64,000 nt of DNA, taken from the NCBI GenBank assembly GCA_044226015.1, contig JBGAHS010000001.1, positions 384,001-448,000 of the forward strand, read 5' to 3'. This stretch comes from Candidatus Obscuribacteraceae bacterium (GTDB lineage: Bacteria > Cyanobacteriota > Vampirovibrionia > Obscuribacterales > Obscuribacteraceae). Below, in pieces: positions 31,301 through 39,573 of the stretch; the first letter of the stretch is position 1; every line of letters starts with the position of its first letter. A program made the translations under genes and the position numbers. The notes under the pieces are model-generated. The model was not told the origin of the DNA. It ran no database searches and worked only from the letters and a program-made list of their open reading frames with translations.

Positions 31301-34300
31301 TTTTCAGCTGCACCTTCCGGTGAATTCAAATAAGCTAGTGCGCGAGGCGAAGCATCCAGAACTCCTTCTTTAAAGTAGCCCCTTGAGTCGAAAATTGGCG
31401 CTCCGCTTTCCTGATCATATGAGGTATGTTTTTCTTTCAAAGTATCACTGGTCAACCTGCCTGTTTCGAGCAGAGGTTTGACCTGTTCGTTGAATGCTTT
31501 CTCGGCTGCTGCGTCATCTCGTCCAGACTCTCTCTTGAATGCTTCGATGGCTGCTTTTTTGAATTCCGGGTCTTCAGCCAATTTACGGGATTCACTGCCG
31601 TCTTTGTCGCCCTTGATTGCATCGGTGATGATCTTTGTGGCGCTCTTATCTGAGTAACCATCAAGCCCGGCTGCTTTTGCTAGAAGTTGTTCTTTTGCTC
31701 CCATAACAGGTGCTGCTGGAACTGCATCTTTACTCGTTTCAACTTGCTTGAGCAAGCTGTCTATCAGTTTATAGCGGGCATTATCTTCGGCTCCGTTCGA
31801 GAATTTTTCTTTGAATTGATCGCGCAGTGCCTTTCTTGCTGCCTCTCCTTCCGGAGTCTGGCTGGCGAGTAACTTTCGATCTTCTGCTTTCATGTTGAGC
31901 ACAGCATCAACCATGGCTTTGCGATCGTTACCCCAGAAACTCTCATTGTCTTTTAGTTTGGTTTCTAGAGAGCGACCAGTAGTTTGTTGGACAGCGTCAT
32001 AGATTCCTTTCTGGTAGGCTTCAAGAGCTTTGCTACCAGGTTCTGAGAGTTGCTTGTTGAAACCTTCTCGCTGCCTTTCGATGACTTGATTTTTCAAGGC
32101 TGGAGTCAGTCCTTCGATTTCTTTTGCATTTTGCTTGTAAAAATCAATGGCTGCTTGCTGTTCTGGGGTTGGCTTCTTACCTGCCAGCTCTTTTTCGAGC
32201 CGCTGTCCTTCGAAGAGCCTGTCGGCGCGTGAACCGCTTTCAATATCATTCAGTTGTTTAGCAACGGCTCGGCCTTCCATGAAAGGACGAACCACCTTAT
32301 CCTGCTGGTACGCCTCGAGCTGTTTGCGCTGGTCGCCGGTCAAATCGCTGTCTTTGATTTTTCCTGAGGCCAGGTCTTGTTGCAAGCGATAACCGGCTCC
32401 GATGTCTTTGTATTGTGATTCAGGAATATTTCCGAATGCCGGTACTTTCTGCCTGAGGGCATCGAGATCGCCTTTGTCAGCAGCCTCGTTTATGGAAAGT
32501 CCTTTTGCAACTTTCTCGTCAAGAAGTTTTTGTGCCTTCTCTATATACTCTCCACCGCCAAGATTCTTTTCTAGAGCGGTAGCCATTTGCTTGTGAAATT
32601 CAGACGCGTACTCGCGTTTGTCTCCAGGAACACCACCTGTGATACTATTGTCCGCGCCCGCTGTACCGCGACTTCCCGCAAGCAACTGGTTAAATGTTTT
32701 CTGGTCCATTGACTCAATGGCCTGGGCATTCACCTGATTGCTATTGAACCAATGTCCTCCAATTGGAGCAACTTTTGCGGCAACGTCAGTGCCACCCTTG
32801 TGAAGAGTCTGGTCGATGTATTTTTCGACCTTTTTGTCAACTCCAAAATAGTGAAGTGACTTGAAAGAGTCCATCATGTCGTTATAGAACTTCAGCGCCT
32901 CTTGTTCTTTTGGCGTGAACTTCGCCCGTTCTTCAGGGCTAGCTTTTGCTAGTTTCGCTCCATCAGCAAATTGAGCTCGTTTCTCTGACTTCAATCCGGC
33001 CAAAGTGTGCTCGATCACATTGTCATCATTGCTAAACACGCCTGCCGCTTTCTGAATTTGCGTATGCGGGCGTAGTGCGCCGGTCTCCGCAAAGTCGGTT
33101 GCCTGCTGCACGGCAAATTTGTCGACTTCTTCCCAGGTATTTCCTGCCTCGTCTGCTCTCGTAGTCGTGAATGCCTGCGTGATTTTTTCTTGTCCGCCGT
33201 TTTTGGTCCAGGCTTCTCTGCCGCTGTCTTTCACGAGGCTGGTAGCTTCCTGGAAGTAGTCCAATTTGCGACCACCAGACAGAGCTGCGTCGAGAATTTT
33301 TCCTTCCTCTTCGGCTGTACGAATATCTTTGCCTTTCTCTAGCGAAATGCTGAGCACGGCTTTCGTATAGGCATCGCGTTCCATGATGCCACTACCCGAG
33401 CCACCAGGCTGGAACTGCGATTTTAGATCTTTGTTGTAGATGTTATGGAATGCGTCCACATAATTCTTGCGCTCTTGCTCGGTAGCGTTCCCGAGTATAT
33501 TGCGTGTGCTTGCAGCTATTTCTGACTGGCTGCGATCTCGGTTCCAGAACCAGCGGCTTGATTCCTCGGCGTTGACAGCAAGCTGAATGGCTTTGTCTTC
33601 TCCCGCGTTACCTTTACGGTTTAAGTACCCTTGCACTTCTGCCCAGCGGTGTGTATCAGAGCCTTCGTCGAAGCGTTTGTAGAGGTCTCCCCAGAGTCCA
33701 TGTCCAGTGCGGTCTTGGTACACATGTTTCAACATGTGTGTTTGCTCTGCATCGAGGTCGGCAAGCTGAGCGCGAATGTCTTTTATTGCGTTTGAGTTGT
33801 ACCAATAATCGATTGTCTTTCTGATTTCATCGGCATTGCTGGCGATGGCTTTGTCGGTGCGCTCTACTTTTGTTCCGTCAAGTGCGTACTCAGCGACGCT
33901 GCCATAATAATGTTTGTCGGTAAGCTTGCCGGTATTCTGGTCAACAGAAGTGAATCCCTTCCACTGTTTTCCTGTACCATCTTGGGTCCAGTTGAAGCCG
34001 TCATATGTTCGGTAGGTGCTGGCTGTGGGTCCTTCGCCGTAAGTGACTTCACTCAGGCGATTTGGGCGACCAAGAAGATCTTTATTGTTTGGCAACTCAT
34101 ATTTATAGCTGCGCAGGAAGCCGTTGGCGTCTCTGGTCGAGCCTATCAGCCCATCCGGACGATATTCGATCATCGAGCCGTCGGTATTTTTAACTAACTT
34201 TGTTTTGTCCAGCCTATCTGTTAGCTCGAAGCCATTTTCTCCCTTCAATGACATGCTGCCATCTTTACCGACACTGAACATTCCTGGTCTGACGTCGTTT

Positions 34301-37300
34301 GTTTTATTCGGGTCTTCGTTCTTGTACATCACCTGCCCTTTGTCGAGGGCGGCTTTGTCGAGAGAGTATTTGTTGCCGTTATCGTTGAATGAAGTGACTA
34401 GGTTCGGGTATTTCTCATTTTCATAAGCAAATGATCGTTTGAAAGGACCCTTGCTTACCTCGGTTGTACGTCCTAAAGCATCTGTTTTCTGCACAGTTCC
34501 GTCAGGCGATTTTATTTCTCTGCCCGTATATTTGTTTTGGGCGTCGTACTGGTAGTTGGTCTCCGTAAAACTGCCTTTGCCGTCAGGCACCTTTTCAGAC
34601 AACTTTCTGCCATCAGCGCTGATCGTTGCAGATGAACCATCTGTGCTGGTTCGCTCGATAGTACTGGGCGACTTTTCGTTATTCTGCTTAAGCAAGTTCC
34701 CTTGCGAATCAAAACCAACTGAGAATTTTTGAGGATTTGTAGCTTTGTCCTCTGTTCCGTCAGCGTTATGCTTAGTCCAGGTTTTGTTATCAGCTGATGT
34801 CCAATACGCGCCTTTCTCTTTAGGATCTTCAAAGCGGTTAGGTTGCTTATTGTCGCCATAAGCAACTTTATATTGTTCCTCGCCTATCTTCAGGCTGGTG
34901 TATCGCCCGCCTTCGGCTTTCAGAGTGCTGCCGTCTGTCTTGCGAATCTCCTCAACCGCTTTGCCATCTACTTTCTTTTGCTCAACTAGGTCTCCATTCG
35001 GAGTCAAGGAGAATGTTGCGGTTTTTGTTTCAGGTGGATTCGTTCCGTCTTTAGTCCAGGTTTTGCCACCATCAGCAGTGCTAAGCTTGCCTTCCTTTCC
35101 GAGGTCGATTTTGGAGAGAACGCCCTTAGCATCATATTCGAACTTGCGAACCTGTCCGTCAGTTGTTTTAGTCTCGACGATTTGTCCGAGGTCATTTTTT
35201 GTGACAGTAGATTTGTCTGCGTTGGTTTTGCTTAGCAGTCGCTGACCGTTTTCACCTTGCGTTTCCTGCCATCCATCTCGCCGTGTGACGGTTTCTGCTG
35301 CGCCTTCGTTTTTAATTCGAAGCGTGCCTTCTTTATCAACGCTTCTGGTGCCCTCAACAATTTTGCTTGTGCCATCTTGCGCCCAGCGCTCATGAGCTTG
35401 CTTTTTGTCATCCATGCGATCGGGCAACCGGCTGAACGAGGTGCCATCAGGCATCTTCATTCCGGTGAGTCTGCTGTTCGCATCATAGGTGTAACTAGTG
35501 GTCTTTCCATCGGGTGTGGTCGTGCTGCGTACGTTCTGCTTTTCGTCTCGTTCGACCGTTGAGCCGTCCACATTGTGCACAAGTTCGCCTTTGCTGGCGC
35601 TGTCCGCAAAGTGCAGATTTCCGCTCTTGTCCATGCTGAACTCGCCTTTACGCTGAAGTCCATCATTGGAGGTCCATACATCTTCTTTGCCAGCTTCCTT
35701 ACTGCGAGTCCAGACCTGATCACCGACTCTAGCCTCGCTCACCTTTGCGGGAGCGTCTGGTTTTGCCGGATCCTTCTCCGTCTTCACCGCGAGCCTGACA
35801 CCATCAGCGGTGCTCGATTGTTCGGCTTCACCCGCTTTGTTGTAACTAACACTGGTTCCATCGTTATTTAGAACTGTTTTCTCGCCACCAGAAGAGATAG
35901 TGATTGCATCTCTCGTTCTAGTCAGTACTTTGTTCTGTGAACGAAACTCATAGTCGCCGTTTGCTTTCACAGTCGGGGTGCCGTCGATTTTAATTCCGGT
36001 TCCTGCCTGCTTGAATGTTTTTCCGCCGTCACTTGACTCGAAACTATTAGGACCGAGGCTATCATTTATTTTTGTTATGTTGCCCTTTGCGTCGCGCTCA
36101 ATGCTGACTCTCTGTCCATCGCGATCCACCTGCATAACACGATCATTATTGTCGTACTGCGCAACGGTCTTTCCATCCGCTGATCTTGTTTCTTTGCCGA
36201 GGTAATCGCCTTGCTCGTTTCTCTTAAAGGTTGTTTTCGTGCCGTCTGCATTTTCTGAACTCAATTCGGTTCCTTTGGCATCATACTGATGCTTGGTGCC
36301 TTTTGAGTCGACAAGCTCTGAGCTTCCATCAGCCTTTTTAAAGCTGATGGATTTGTTGTCTTTGTCTACGGTCACACTGTCGTATTGTTTTTTGTCGCCG
36401 TTATACCAGCCATCAGCACGTTTTTCGAGCACCGATTTATCTGGCATTGTAATTTTGCTGGGCTCGCCAGCCGGTTCGTATTTGATTCCAAACTTTTGCT
36501 TGCCTGCCGCTATTTCGCTCAGGTCGTGATTCTTATCCGTGGTGACCAGTGAGCCGTCGGTTTTGTGCTCGACTTCAGTTCCATTCTTATAAACATCAGT
36601 GACTTTACCGTCTTCGACTTTGACGGTGCCATCCCAGTTTTGCTTCGTACCATTCGGAAGCGTTTTTTCCCACTTCGTTTTGTCTGCGTCTACAGCGTCC
36701 CACTTGCCGTTGCCGTAATCAACTGAACTGGGCTGCTTCTCATCGCCTTTATAACCAAGAGTAGTCTTGCCACCTAATCTGTCTGTGATATGCTCGGGGC
36801 GATCTTGCGAGTCGTAATTAATTTTTGAGCCATCGAGTTGCCTGGACTCGTGCTCGCCGCTCTTCGCTTTGCTATGAAGTGCACCTTTTTCGTCAACCCA
36901 GCGCTCACCTTCAAAGGTTTTGCCGGTGTTTTCGTTTTTCCAGCTGCCGTCTTTTTGTTTTGACCAGCTGCCGTCGGCGTCTGTGTAAGAACTCAGCTTG
37001 CCGTTTTTATCTAACTTGTAGCTGGTCTCTTCTCCGTTTGCGCCTACGGTCTTGATAGTTTGTTTGTCAGCACTTGTGGTGATCTTCGAGCCATCGGAAT
37101 TGAAGCTTGTTTCATCAATTAACTTCTTTTTGGCATCAAGGTGCTTTTCAGTCTTGCTAATTTCCGAGCCGGGAGGGAACTCTCTTGTGCTCGTGAACGT
37201 GCCATCGCCGTGCTTTTGCAGCTTTTCAGGGTCGCTTTTCGCTTCGGCGACTTTTTCGCCTTTGGGTCCAGGTTTTGCCTCTCCAGCTTTAGTCCCGTCA

Positions 37301-37575
37301 CCGGGTTTAGCTTCGCCTGCTTTTGTTTTGTCGCCCTTGTCTGCCTTCTCAGTTTCTTTCTTTTTCTCTTCGTCAGTCTGCCCTTCAAGAGCTTTTTTGG
37401 GCTTTCCATTAGAGTCCACCACTGTCGTGTTCGGCAGTGTCTTGCTGGCATCTTCTTCGGGCTTTTTCGGCGCCGGCGTCTCTAACGCTTCCTTTGCAAG
37501 CGCGCTGGAGGCTGCGTCTTTAGACTTATCCTCTGGTTTGTCTTTCTCTTTTTTACTCTCGTCTACATCTGCCAT
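22378..37575 (-). CDS. 5065-aa multidomain effector/toxin-like protein: YD-like repeats, annexin-like repeats, hydrophobic helices, HExxH peptidase, PRTase-like, (pThr-lyase-like + FHA)x3 + FHA
   Basis: Uninterrupted ORF. Motifs: TTSYTYDANSRLT and RKFEYDAKG repeats; HEFTH at aa 2755; VYLDDFSLSG at aa ~3400; KVH/KIH at aa 3648, 4094 and 4543; four GR...VSRxH...SxxGTY FHA motifs. Confidence 0.9.
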   Translation of the reverse strand: MADVDESKKEKDKPEDKSKDAASSALAKEALETPAPKKPEEDASKTLPNTTVVDSNGKPKKALEGQTDEEKKKETEKADKGDKTKAGEAKPGDGTKAGEAKPGPKGEKVAEAKSDPEKLQKHGDGTFTSTREFPPGSEISKTEKHLDAKKKLIDETSFNSDGSKITTSADKQTIKTVGANGEETSYKLDKNGKLSSYTDADGSWSKQKDGSWKNENTGKTFEGERWVDEKGALHSKAKSGEHESRQLDGSKINYDSQDRPEHITDRLGGKTTLGYKGDEKQPSSVDYGNGKWDAVDADKTKWEKTLPNGTKQNWDGTVKVEDGKVTDVYKNGTEVEHKTDGSLVTTDKNHDLSEIAAGKQKFGIKYEPAGEPSKITMPDKSVLEKRADGWYNGDKKQYDSVTVDKDNKSISFKKADGSSELVDSKGTKHQYDAKGTELSSENADGTKTTFKRNEQGDYLGKETRSADGKTVAQYDNNDRVMQVDRDGQRVSIERDAKGNITKINDSLGPNSFESSDGGKTFKQAGTGIKIDGTPTVKANGDYEFRSQNKVLTRTRDAITISSGGEKTVLNNDGTSVSYNKAGEAEQSSTADGVRLAVKTEKDPAKPDAPAKVSEARVGDQVWTRSKEAGKEDVWTSNDGLQRKGEFSMDKSGNLHFADSASKGELVHNVDGSTVERDEKQNVRSTTTPDGKTTSYTYDANSRLTGMKMPDGTSFSRLPDRMDDKKQAHERWAQDGTSKIVEGTRSVDKEGTLRIKNEGAAETVTRRDGWQETQGENGQRLLSKTNADKSTVTKNDLGQIVETKTTDGQVRKFEYDAKGVLSKIDLGKEGKLSTADGGKTWTKDGTNPPETKTATFSLTPNGDLVEQKKVDGKAVEEIRKTDGSTLKAEGGRYTSLKIGEEQYKVAYGDNKQPNRFEDPKEKGAYWTSADNKTWTKHNADGTEDKATNPQKFSVGFDSQGNLLKQNNEKSPSTIERTSTDGSSATISADGRKLSEKVPDGKGSFTETNYQYDAQNKYTGREIKSPDGTVQKTDALGRTTEVSKGPFKRSFAYENEKYPNLVTSFNDNGNKYSLDKAALDKGQVMYKNEDPNKTNDVRPGMFSVGKDGSMSLKGENGFELTDRLDKTKLVKNTDGSMIEYRPDGLIGSTRDANGFLRSYKYELPNNKDLLGRPNRLSEVTYGEGPTASTYRTYDGFNWTQDGTGKQWKGFTSVDQNTGKLTDKHYYGSVAEYALDGTKVERTDKAIASNADEIRKTIDYWYNSNAIKDIRAQLADLDAEQTHMLKHVYQDRTGHGLWGDLYKRFDEGSDTHRWAEVQGYLNRKGNAGEDKAIQLAVNAEESSRWFWNRDRSQSEIAASTRNILGNATEQERKNYVDAFHNIYNKDLKSQFQPGGSGSGIMERDAYTKAVLSISLEKGKDIRTAEEEGKILDAALSGGRKLDYFQEATSLVKDSGREAWTKNGGQEKITQAFTTTRADEAGNTWEEVDKFAVQQATDFAETGALRPHTQIQKAAGVFSNDDNVIEHTLAGLKSEKRAQFADGAKLAKASPEERAKFTPKEQEALKFYNDMMDSFKSLHYFGVDKKVEKYIDQTLHKGGTDVAAKVAPIGGHWFNSNQVNAQAIESMDQKTFNQLLAGSRGTAGADNSITGGVPGDKREYASEFHKQMATALEKNLGGGEYIEKAQKLLDEKVAKGLSINEAADKGDLDALRQKVPAFGNIPESQYKDIGAGYRLQQDLASGKIKDSDLTGDQRKQLEAYQQDKVVRPFMEGRAVAKQLNDIESGSRADRLFEGQRLEKELAGKKPTPEQQAAIDFYKQNAKEIEGLTPALKNQVIERQREGFNKQLSEPGSKALEAYQKGIYDAVQQTTGRSLETKLKDNESFWGNDRKAMVDAVLNMKAEDRKLLASQTPEGEAARKALRDQFKEKFSNGAEDNARYKLIDSLLKQVETSKDAVPAAPVMGAKEQLLAKAAGLDGYSDKSATKIITDAIKGDKDGSESRKLAEDPEFKKAAIEAFKRESGRDDAAAEKAFNEQVKPLLETGRLTSDTLKEKHTSYDQESGAPIFDSRGYFKEGVLDASPRALAYLNSPEGAAEKAKMLETLKNAGPKEVYELAQNILKQGEVKPEDKLRAFTLNAGVTKEEAIGLMKSMTEEGPRVEIQNRYEAKYENFRASMLKQVDNKEYDEVFRATRHKDWTQDKEHLHAIKTVSATDAGLGARMASNYNTTHIEALNDFNRKIYEATSNGKTLDVKTLNELAANTEDRVKSFKDTKQATTDTVVTGVVTGVSLVAAPFTAGASLYALAGISTVMGLGAATLKYGLMGNDTNGAKEFAGDAFKYTALAFSNQFGAGNLGFKEATHLAGASTAQILKTEAANLLVHSTVGGIGNTIGEGGRQLIDDGKIDGKSLQIAFAQGFVFTGVMSTAFKGVGMAFKGGEHPSVPVPKGDHVVPEVVAGTAGLGAVTADVAKAHVPSKPSGQLHPGSGSTAAGELKDVFDKARVNEGKVLPTDAPATAVKDTPATGVKDGPSVVKDGPAPAERVPANDNLHPDLKKQAAALKTEEPFDSAYRPQIEAPSASELQALNDKIPQLGKEAAEDFSARMSKVRESWKDDLSPKVKEADGLAPKVKEAQQVLDNEISRLKQSGASEADIAAARSDANHPLNKDSKLHQLSEDWKSLANKHKNLTSEITAVSKARAQELERELNKFASERGLPPVKVQLAENMHAAGGYTFGEGVITLPKDALAEAGGAAGLNRVTFHEFTHAAAQDELLVRNAQRLAAADGKAGDVAAVQAHYKEATGRDLNADWLKTVSQSAEKKGALTADEIARAGDLAKSVKNSLTDVAAKSEQLGNSARVIDSKLKDLQANVDGKAVDRLFNDLLKEPGGDVLASRLFGQTAPSEELSKFAKQWEDFKAGHIQSFDAEGARQALIKHLEGEGAKVNQVHKDLINAYSTNQIEKEAYGLSHQVKEGGDATSGTRPKVDDAPVRAKDTPGDQPVKPYDPAEKMDLERIDRITKKFSEGTREVPITKAEFEDMFKGFSEADRKLAMEVMEQSAPNMTPRALDDQLRNLQAQLDKIDPALRKEGITVFSMGGNDSAEMLAQLLRKNQDQLKVHVVTLDAAGMKQLAAEGMPNRALILGDLSTATAAQKQALSQVDRLYVSNINGFDKGVNFIDFGASQFAGTKGMQDKIAGIVEKAKALQAAEPGLSSEAAVKKILEGDTAKLATEINPKTTVLQPEQQLPGKQLRDKVGGSEQYRIGSMYDQFTAPQLTKQQLESYLASIKSPEIKSFAGQILEHGVEYKSYTQQLKEFHELHQKLMAELPPGTKPSDIMLVTGLEYEGQIAAAKAAGKSLDKIDNIGSQMISAKMYATANDLGSANFITAKELAALGPDGAKGKVLVYLDDFSLSGRQAAGVVKDNATMLKQSGGKVVVATMGKFETETNPWLLWQKDSRYLPLKDMDVTVLSNQTYKQLYDPATLARLGLTDQEKVFGNYKLFKPGHDSGLTTNILTPYGGPNNNMNMLDELQKATGIRGKSKAKFDHTAEIRPQLETPPELGQKQPVNEALWGFGKKSDGEVPAGNKGARELFGLKTEALEREAAAKNFPKEMKVHADSEAWKKVEINGQQFDLMRPPRDFWYYGKFPEGESAVAKVHVVTDGAADLGKLQETIIPALKNDPELAAKVSGWKTFDPEVGVGRNLEKAPDGVGQSAKAFTLYTKTAEDALAVQKRIDEILTAKGLGREHGISTGNVDSIRGSSNRVGIVRDYFHPADLPNSPVDGALLDRELAAHINSKLGVPEGQKLTDAQLRQVEKDAGIRPGTLAYDRNGELALLGQSRHSRISDRGTPRIYLDESNASKAAGDLTDRQAMYALTNKYLPEGYDPVDLASGRVPRPESLAKPAAVADLPPSTKEIASVGLGGEKLKLEPGGPSVPLGRYHQDGIANPSSEHFNTNVSREHGHIHQTSDGKVYITDNNSTAGTYIKRDGSNNWEKVQGKTEIKPGDKVMLAGTGTQDVRDSEFLTNPAKRRGTELHIEALERKAAVVPNDGTPGLKMKVSSPEDMPGVREVNIDGENFRLVKGGPQVWYYGKFAQGEAPVKIHVMTDGVQDLGKLQEALIPALNKNPELAAKVHGWKTFDPEIGAGNAGPGAWLPNGKGQGAKAFTIYARTPEDAVALQKEIDRVLTEKGLGRSTPIDTGNIDQIKGSSNRVGIVRDQFEPTQVDGNLAARLDKPLAEHIQAQMGLQPGQKLSPEQLRQVEKAAGLRPETLAYDRDNNLSLIAQSRSSGMHDGGSGPRIYLDEGKAGKEFGDLTDRQAFYALSNKYLPEGQGPADLAAGLVKSPKFEAPPVQALPQAAKPSFSAEANVGLGIGGDKINLEAGGPSVPLGRSHQTSLGSNSPHENLNVSRNHATLSRDADGKVFITDNNSSNGTYIKRNGSDKWETVTGRTEVQPGDKVMLGGTSETPSAVADKDPAKRFGTEVKIDAFDRAALPKDAAPEFPKRMKVSEPNDMPFLRQVEINGDQFKLIKTPQQDWFYGKLDSGPPGAVKVHVTTDGNADLGKLQEALIPELEKNPALASKIHGWKTFDPKVGAGTAPEGTFSPTGKGQEAKGFTVFTKTPEDAVAVQKEIDRILTEKNLGRAKPIDTGNIDKVTGSSNRVGIVRDFYQITRMDSDIAAKLDKPLADHIHSQMGLKPGERLTSDQLRQVEKNAGLRPNTLGYDRDSNLSLAAQSNGSRVREGGDGPRLYLDESSASKQAGDLTDRQAYYALANKYLPEGKDPTDLLLGTVKSPSGFDAPMAPVAPGSKLTPEAKVNIGIGGEQLDLAAGGPALSVGRSHQQTLGADNSPFNNKNVSRSHAVVNREADGRVFITDNNSSNGTYIQRNGSNRWEAVTSKTEVQPGDRVMLGGTSDTPSVAWDADPAKRYGTELKLFASAPAKVEAVANKIDFGGMQLRVEADGTPLEIGRNHQRDVLEDVASPYFNRNVSREHLQLTKDASGKLYAKDKGSTYGTYIMRANTDKWEALVGTQEIKPGDRLMLGGTGTKDTNNGSSAFHTYPQLRRGTELFVDKL

Positions 37576-37845
37576 CGTTTAACATCCGTCAGCGGTCTGC
37601 CAGGCCCTGGACATGGGTATACCCCGATGGGTATTCTCCTATGCCCTTGGCATTTCGTCATTAAGCGGTGTCTGCTCGACGGGGGTGTTAGAATCGTGCG
37701 ATGTTCACCGAGACCCTTATGCCCCATGGTGGGAGGGGGCGAAACCAGACCTCAAGTTAAATCCTCATGACAATTTTGAGAAATGATTTATTTGCAGGCG
37801 TTTCGGGCTTGATAGAAGTGGATTAATTTTCAGGTGGGAATTTGA

Positions 37846-38379
37846 ATGACTGAGCAATCTCTCGAGGAACTGATTAATGCTGAAACGGCTAAGCTTCGGG
37901 CGGCTTTTTTGGAACAGCTGAAATTGGAGATTGAAAAGGCTCGAGGGAACAGCACAGTAGTTGTCTGCCTTAGCTCACAGAATCCCAGTCCAGATTACTT
38001 TCCGACGCAACAAGCACAGCTCTCGATTTCTTTTGAATTGCTGGGCGTCCTGCAAGAGGCTCATGTTGACGGCGTTGCTGCTCAATGGGAATACGAAAAT
38101 ATTGGGTTCATTTGTCGGGGTCAAAACCGAAGCGATTATGCTGGGAAGGTCGACAAAGCCATCGAAATCGTTGCCGAGCGGGAATTTGGACGTATGATGC
38201 CGCAGCGAAAAATTGCAGTCAATTTTGGACTTGCCTCTTTTCCTCACGACTCAGAGCACCCTGAGCAGTTAATGCAGCAAGCTTTCCTTGCGCTGAGAGC
38301 AGCGCAGGAGGCTGGACCTAACAAAATGGGTTGTTTCTGGATGTTGAAATCAACTCCGTTTCCTCCAGTTTACCCCTAA
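37846..38379 (+). CDS. degenerate GGDEF-like domain protein
   Basis: VNFGLASFP...EQLMQQAFLALRAAQEAGPNK matches the GGDEF C-terminus; the GG(D/E)EF motif is absent. Confidence 0.65.
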   Translation: MTEQSLEELINAETAKLRAAFLEQLKLEIEKARGNSTVVVCLSSQNPSPDYFPTQQAQLSISFELLGVLQEAHVDGVAAQWEYENIGFICRGQNRSDYAGKVDKAIEIVAEREFGRMMPQRKIAVNFGLASFPHDSEHPEQLMQQAFLALRAAQEAGPNKMGCFWMLKSTPFPPVYP

Positions 38380-38571
38380 ACAAATTATTGCTTCTTGCGA
38401 TATTGTCCGGGCTGCTAATACTTCGCAGCGGTACACGATTATGCAGTGCTGCCCAGTAATCGCCGTACATTTTATTTGAATCTCGCTCATAATTTTTGAT
38501 CAACGTGATCTTACGGTGGGCTAGGCGCGTAGTTAGTCTTAACCTCTTTTTGTTGGTTGAGGGCAGTCGCA

Positions 38572-39573
38572 ATGGTCCAGGATAATTTTGGTTCGCATTC
38601 TCTTCGTACAAACAGAGAGCTTTTAAGCCCTGCTGTCGCATCTGATGAGAGTCATCAGTCGACGTGGGATGTTGTGCGTGACGGTCTCTGGCAGGGGCTT
38701 CAGGACAGAGGAAAACAAGCTCAAGAAAATTCGGTCGCGACTTCACTTGAGTTTGTCGGCTCGGCTGGTATAGCTGCAGGACTCGTTCAGGCTGCTAATG
38801 CAGGTGGGCGCTGGCGCTTCGCAGCTGAGCTTGCAGGAACTGTGTTAACGCTGGTGGCGGGTGCCGATCTGTTCAATCGAGGAATGAACATTGGCAGAGC
38901 TTACGGTGCCACCACAGACGATACCGCTGGAAACGCAATTAGAAAAGATGCCATAGCGAAGAACGCTGGAAGTGGAATTTTCGATTACGCATTGATGTTC
39001 TCGGGTGGCTCAATTGGTGCAGGCGGCGCTCTGAAAGCCTCCATCGCCAGACCTATAGAATTCACTCAGCCTGGTTCGGCAAGAATCACTTTTAGAAGTA
39101 GTGACCGAGCAGCGCTTGCCGAAGAAGGTCCCAAAAAAGGCTTAGACGTTGAAAAAGTGAGTGATGACATGGCGTACTCGCTGGACTATAACATCAGCCG
39201 CACCGCTATGGAGAAAATTTCCGAGTCTTTACAGAAGGCAAATCCTGAGGAATTCAATGGACTTTTGCGCAGGCTGGAGGAGAAAGATCGTAAGTTTCAA
39301 GGAATGGATTTACAGCTCACTAACTGGAGCGAAGTCGCCCAGCGATGGGAGTCCGCAAAGCTTCACCACACTGATGAAAACATGACCACGTATATGATTG
39401 TTCAGCGTGGTGACACCGCAGCAAGAATTGCTGAGCTTGAAACTCGCCCAATGCAGAACAGAACAGAGGACGACATTACATTTTATCGTGATGCTTTGAT
39501 TCGAAAGAATAAGATTAGCGACCCTGATAATCTCTTGTCGGGCTCAATTTTGCGCTTGCCATTCGCATCATGA
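38572..39573 (+). CDS. Gly-rich helical N-domain plus C-terminal LysM-like domain
   Basis: C-terminal YMIVQRGDTAARIA...LIRKNKISDPDNLLSGSILRLP; N-domain resembles that of 20105-21811. Confidence 0.72.
   Translation: MVQDNFGSHSLRTNRELLSPAVASDESHQSTWDVVRDGLWQGLQDRGKQAQENSVATSLEFVGSAGIAAGLVQAANAGGRWRFAAELAGTVLTLVAGADLFNRGMNIGRAYGATTDDTAGNAIRKDAIAKNAGSGIFDYALMFSGGSIGAGGALKASIARPIEFTQPGSARITFRSSDRAALAEEGPKKGLDVEKVSDDMAYSLDYNISRTAMEKISESLQKANPEEFNGLLRRLEEKDRKFQGMDLQLTNWSEVAQRWESAKLHHTDENMTTYMIVQRGDTAARIAELETRPMQNRTEDDITFYRDALIRKNKISDPDNLLSGSILRLPFAS

Noticed and set aside
33900..37200. Canonical RHS toxin
   Set aside because: YD-like repeats are irregular and I found no RHS core/PxxxxDPxG junction; the payloads lie more than 1400 aa downstream.
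23184..37582. Numerous plus-strand ORFs within the giant gene
   Set aside because: They are Ser/Phe/Leu-rich antisense shadows of the long minus-strand CDS.
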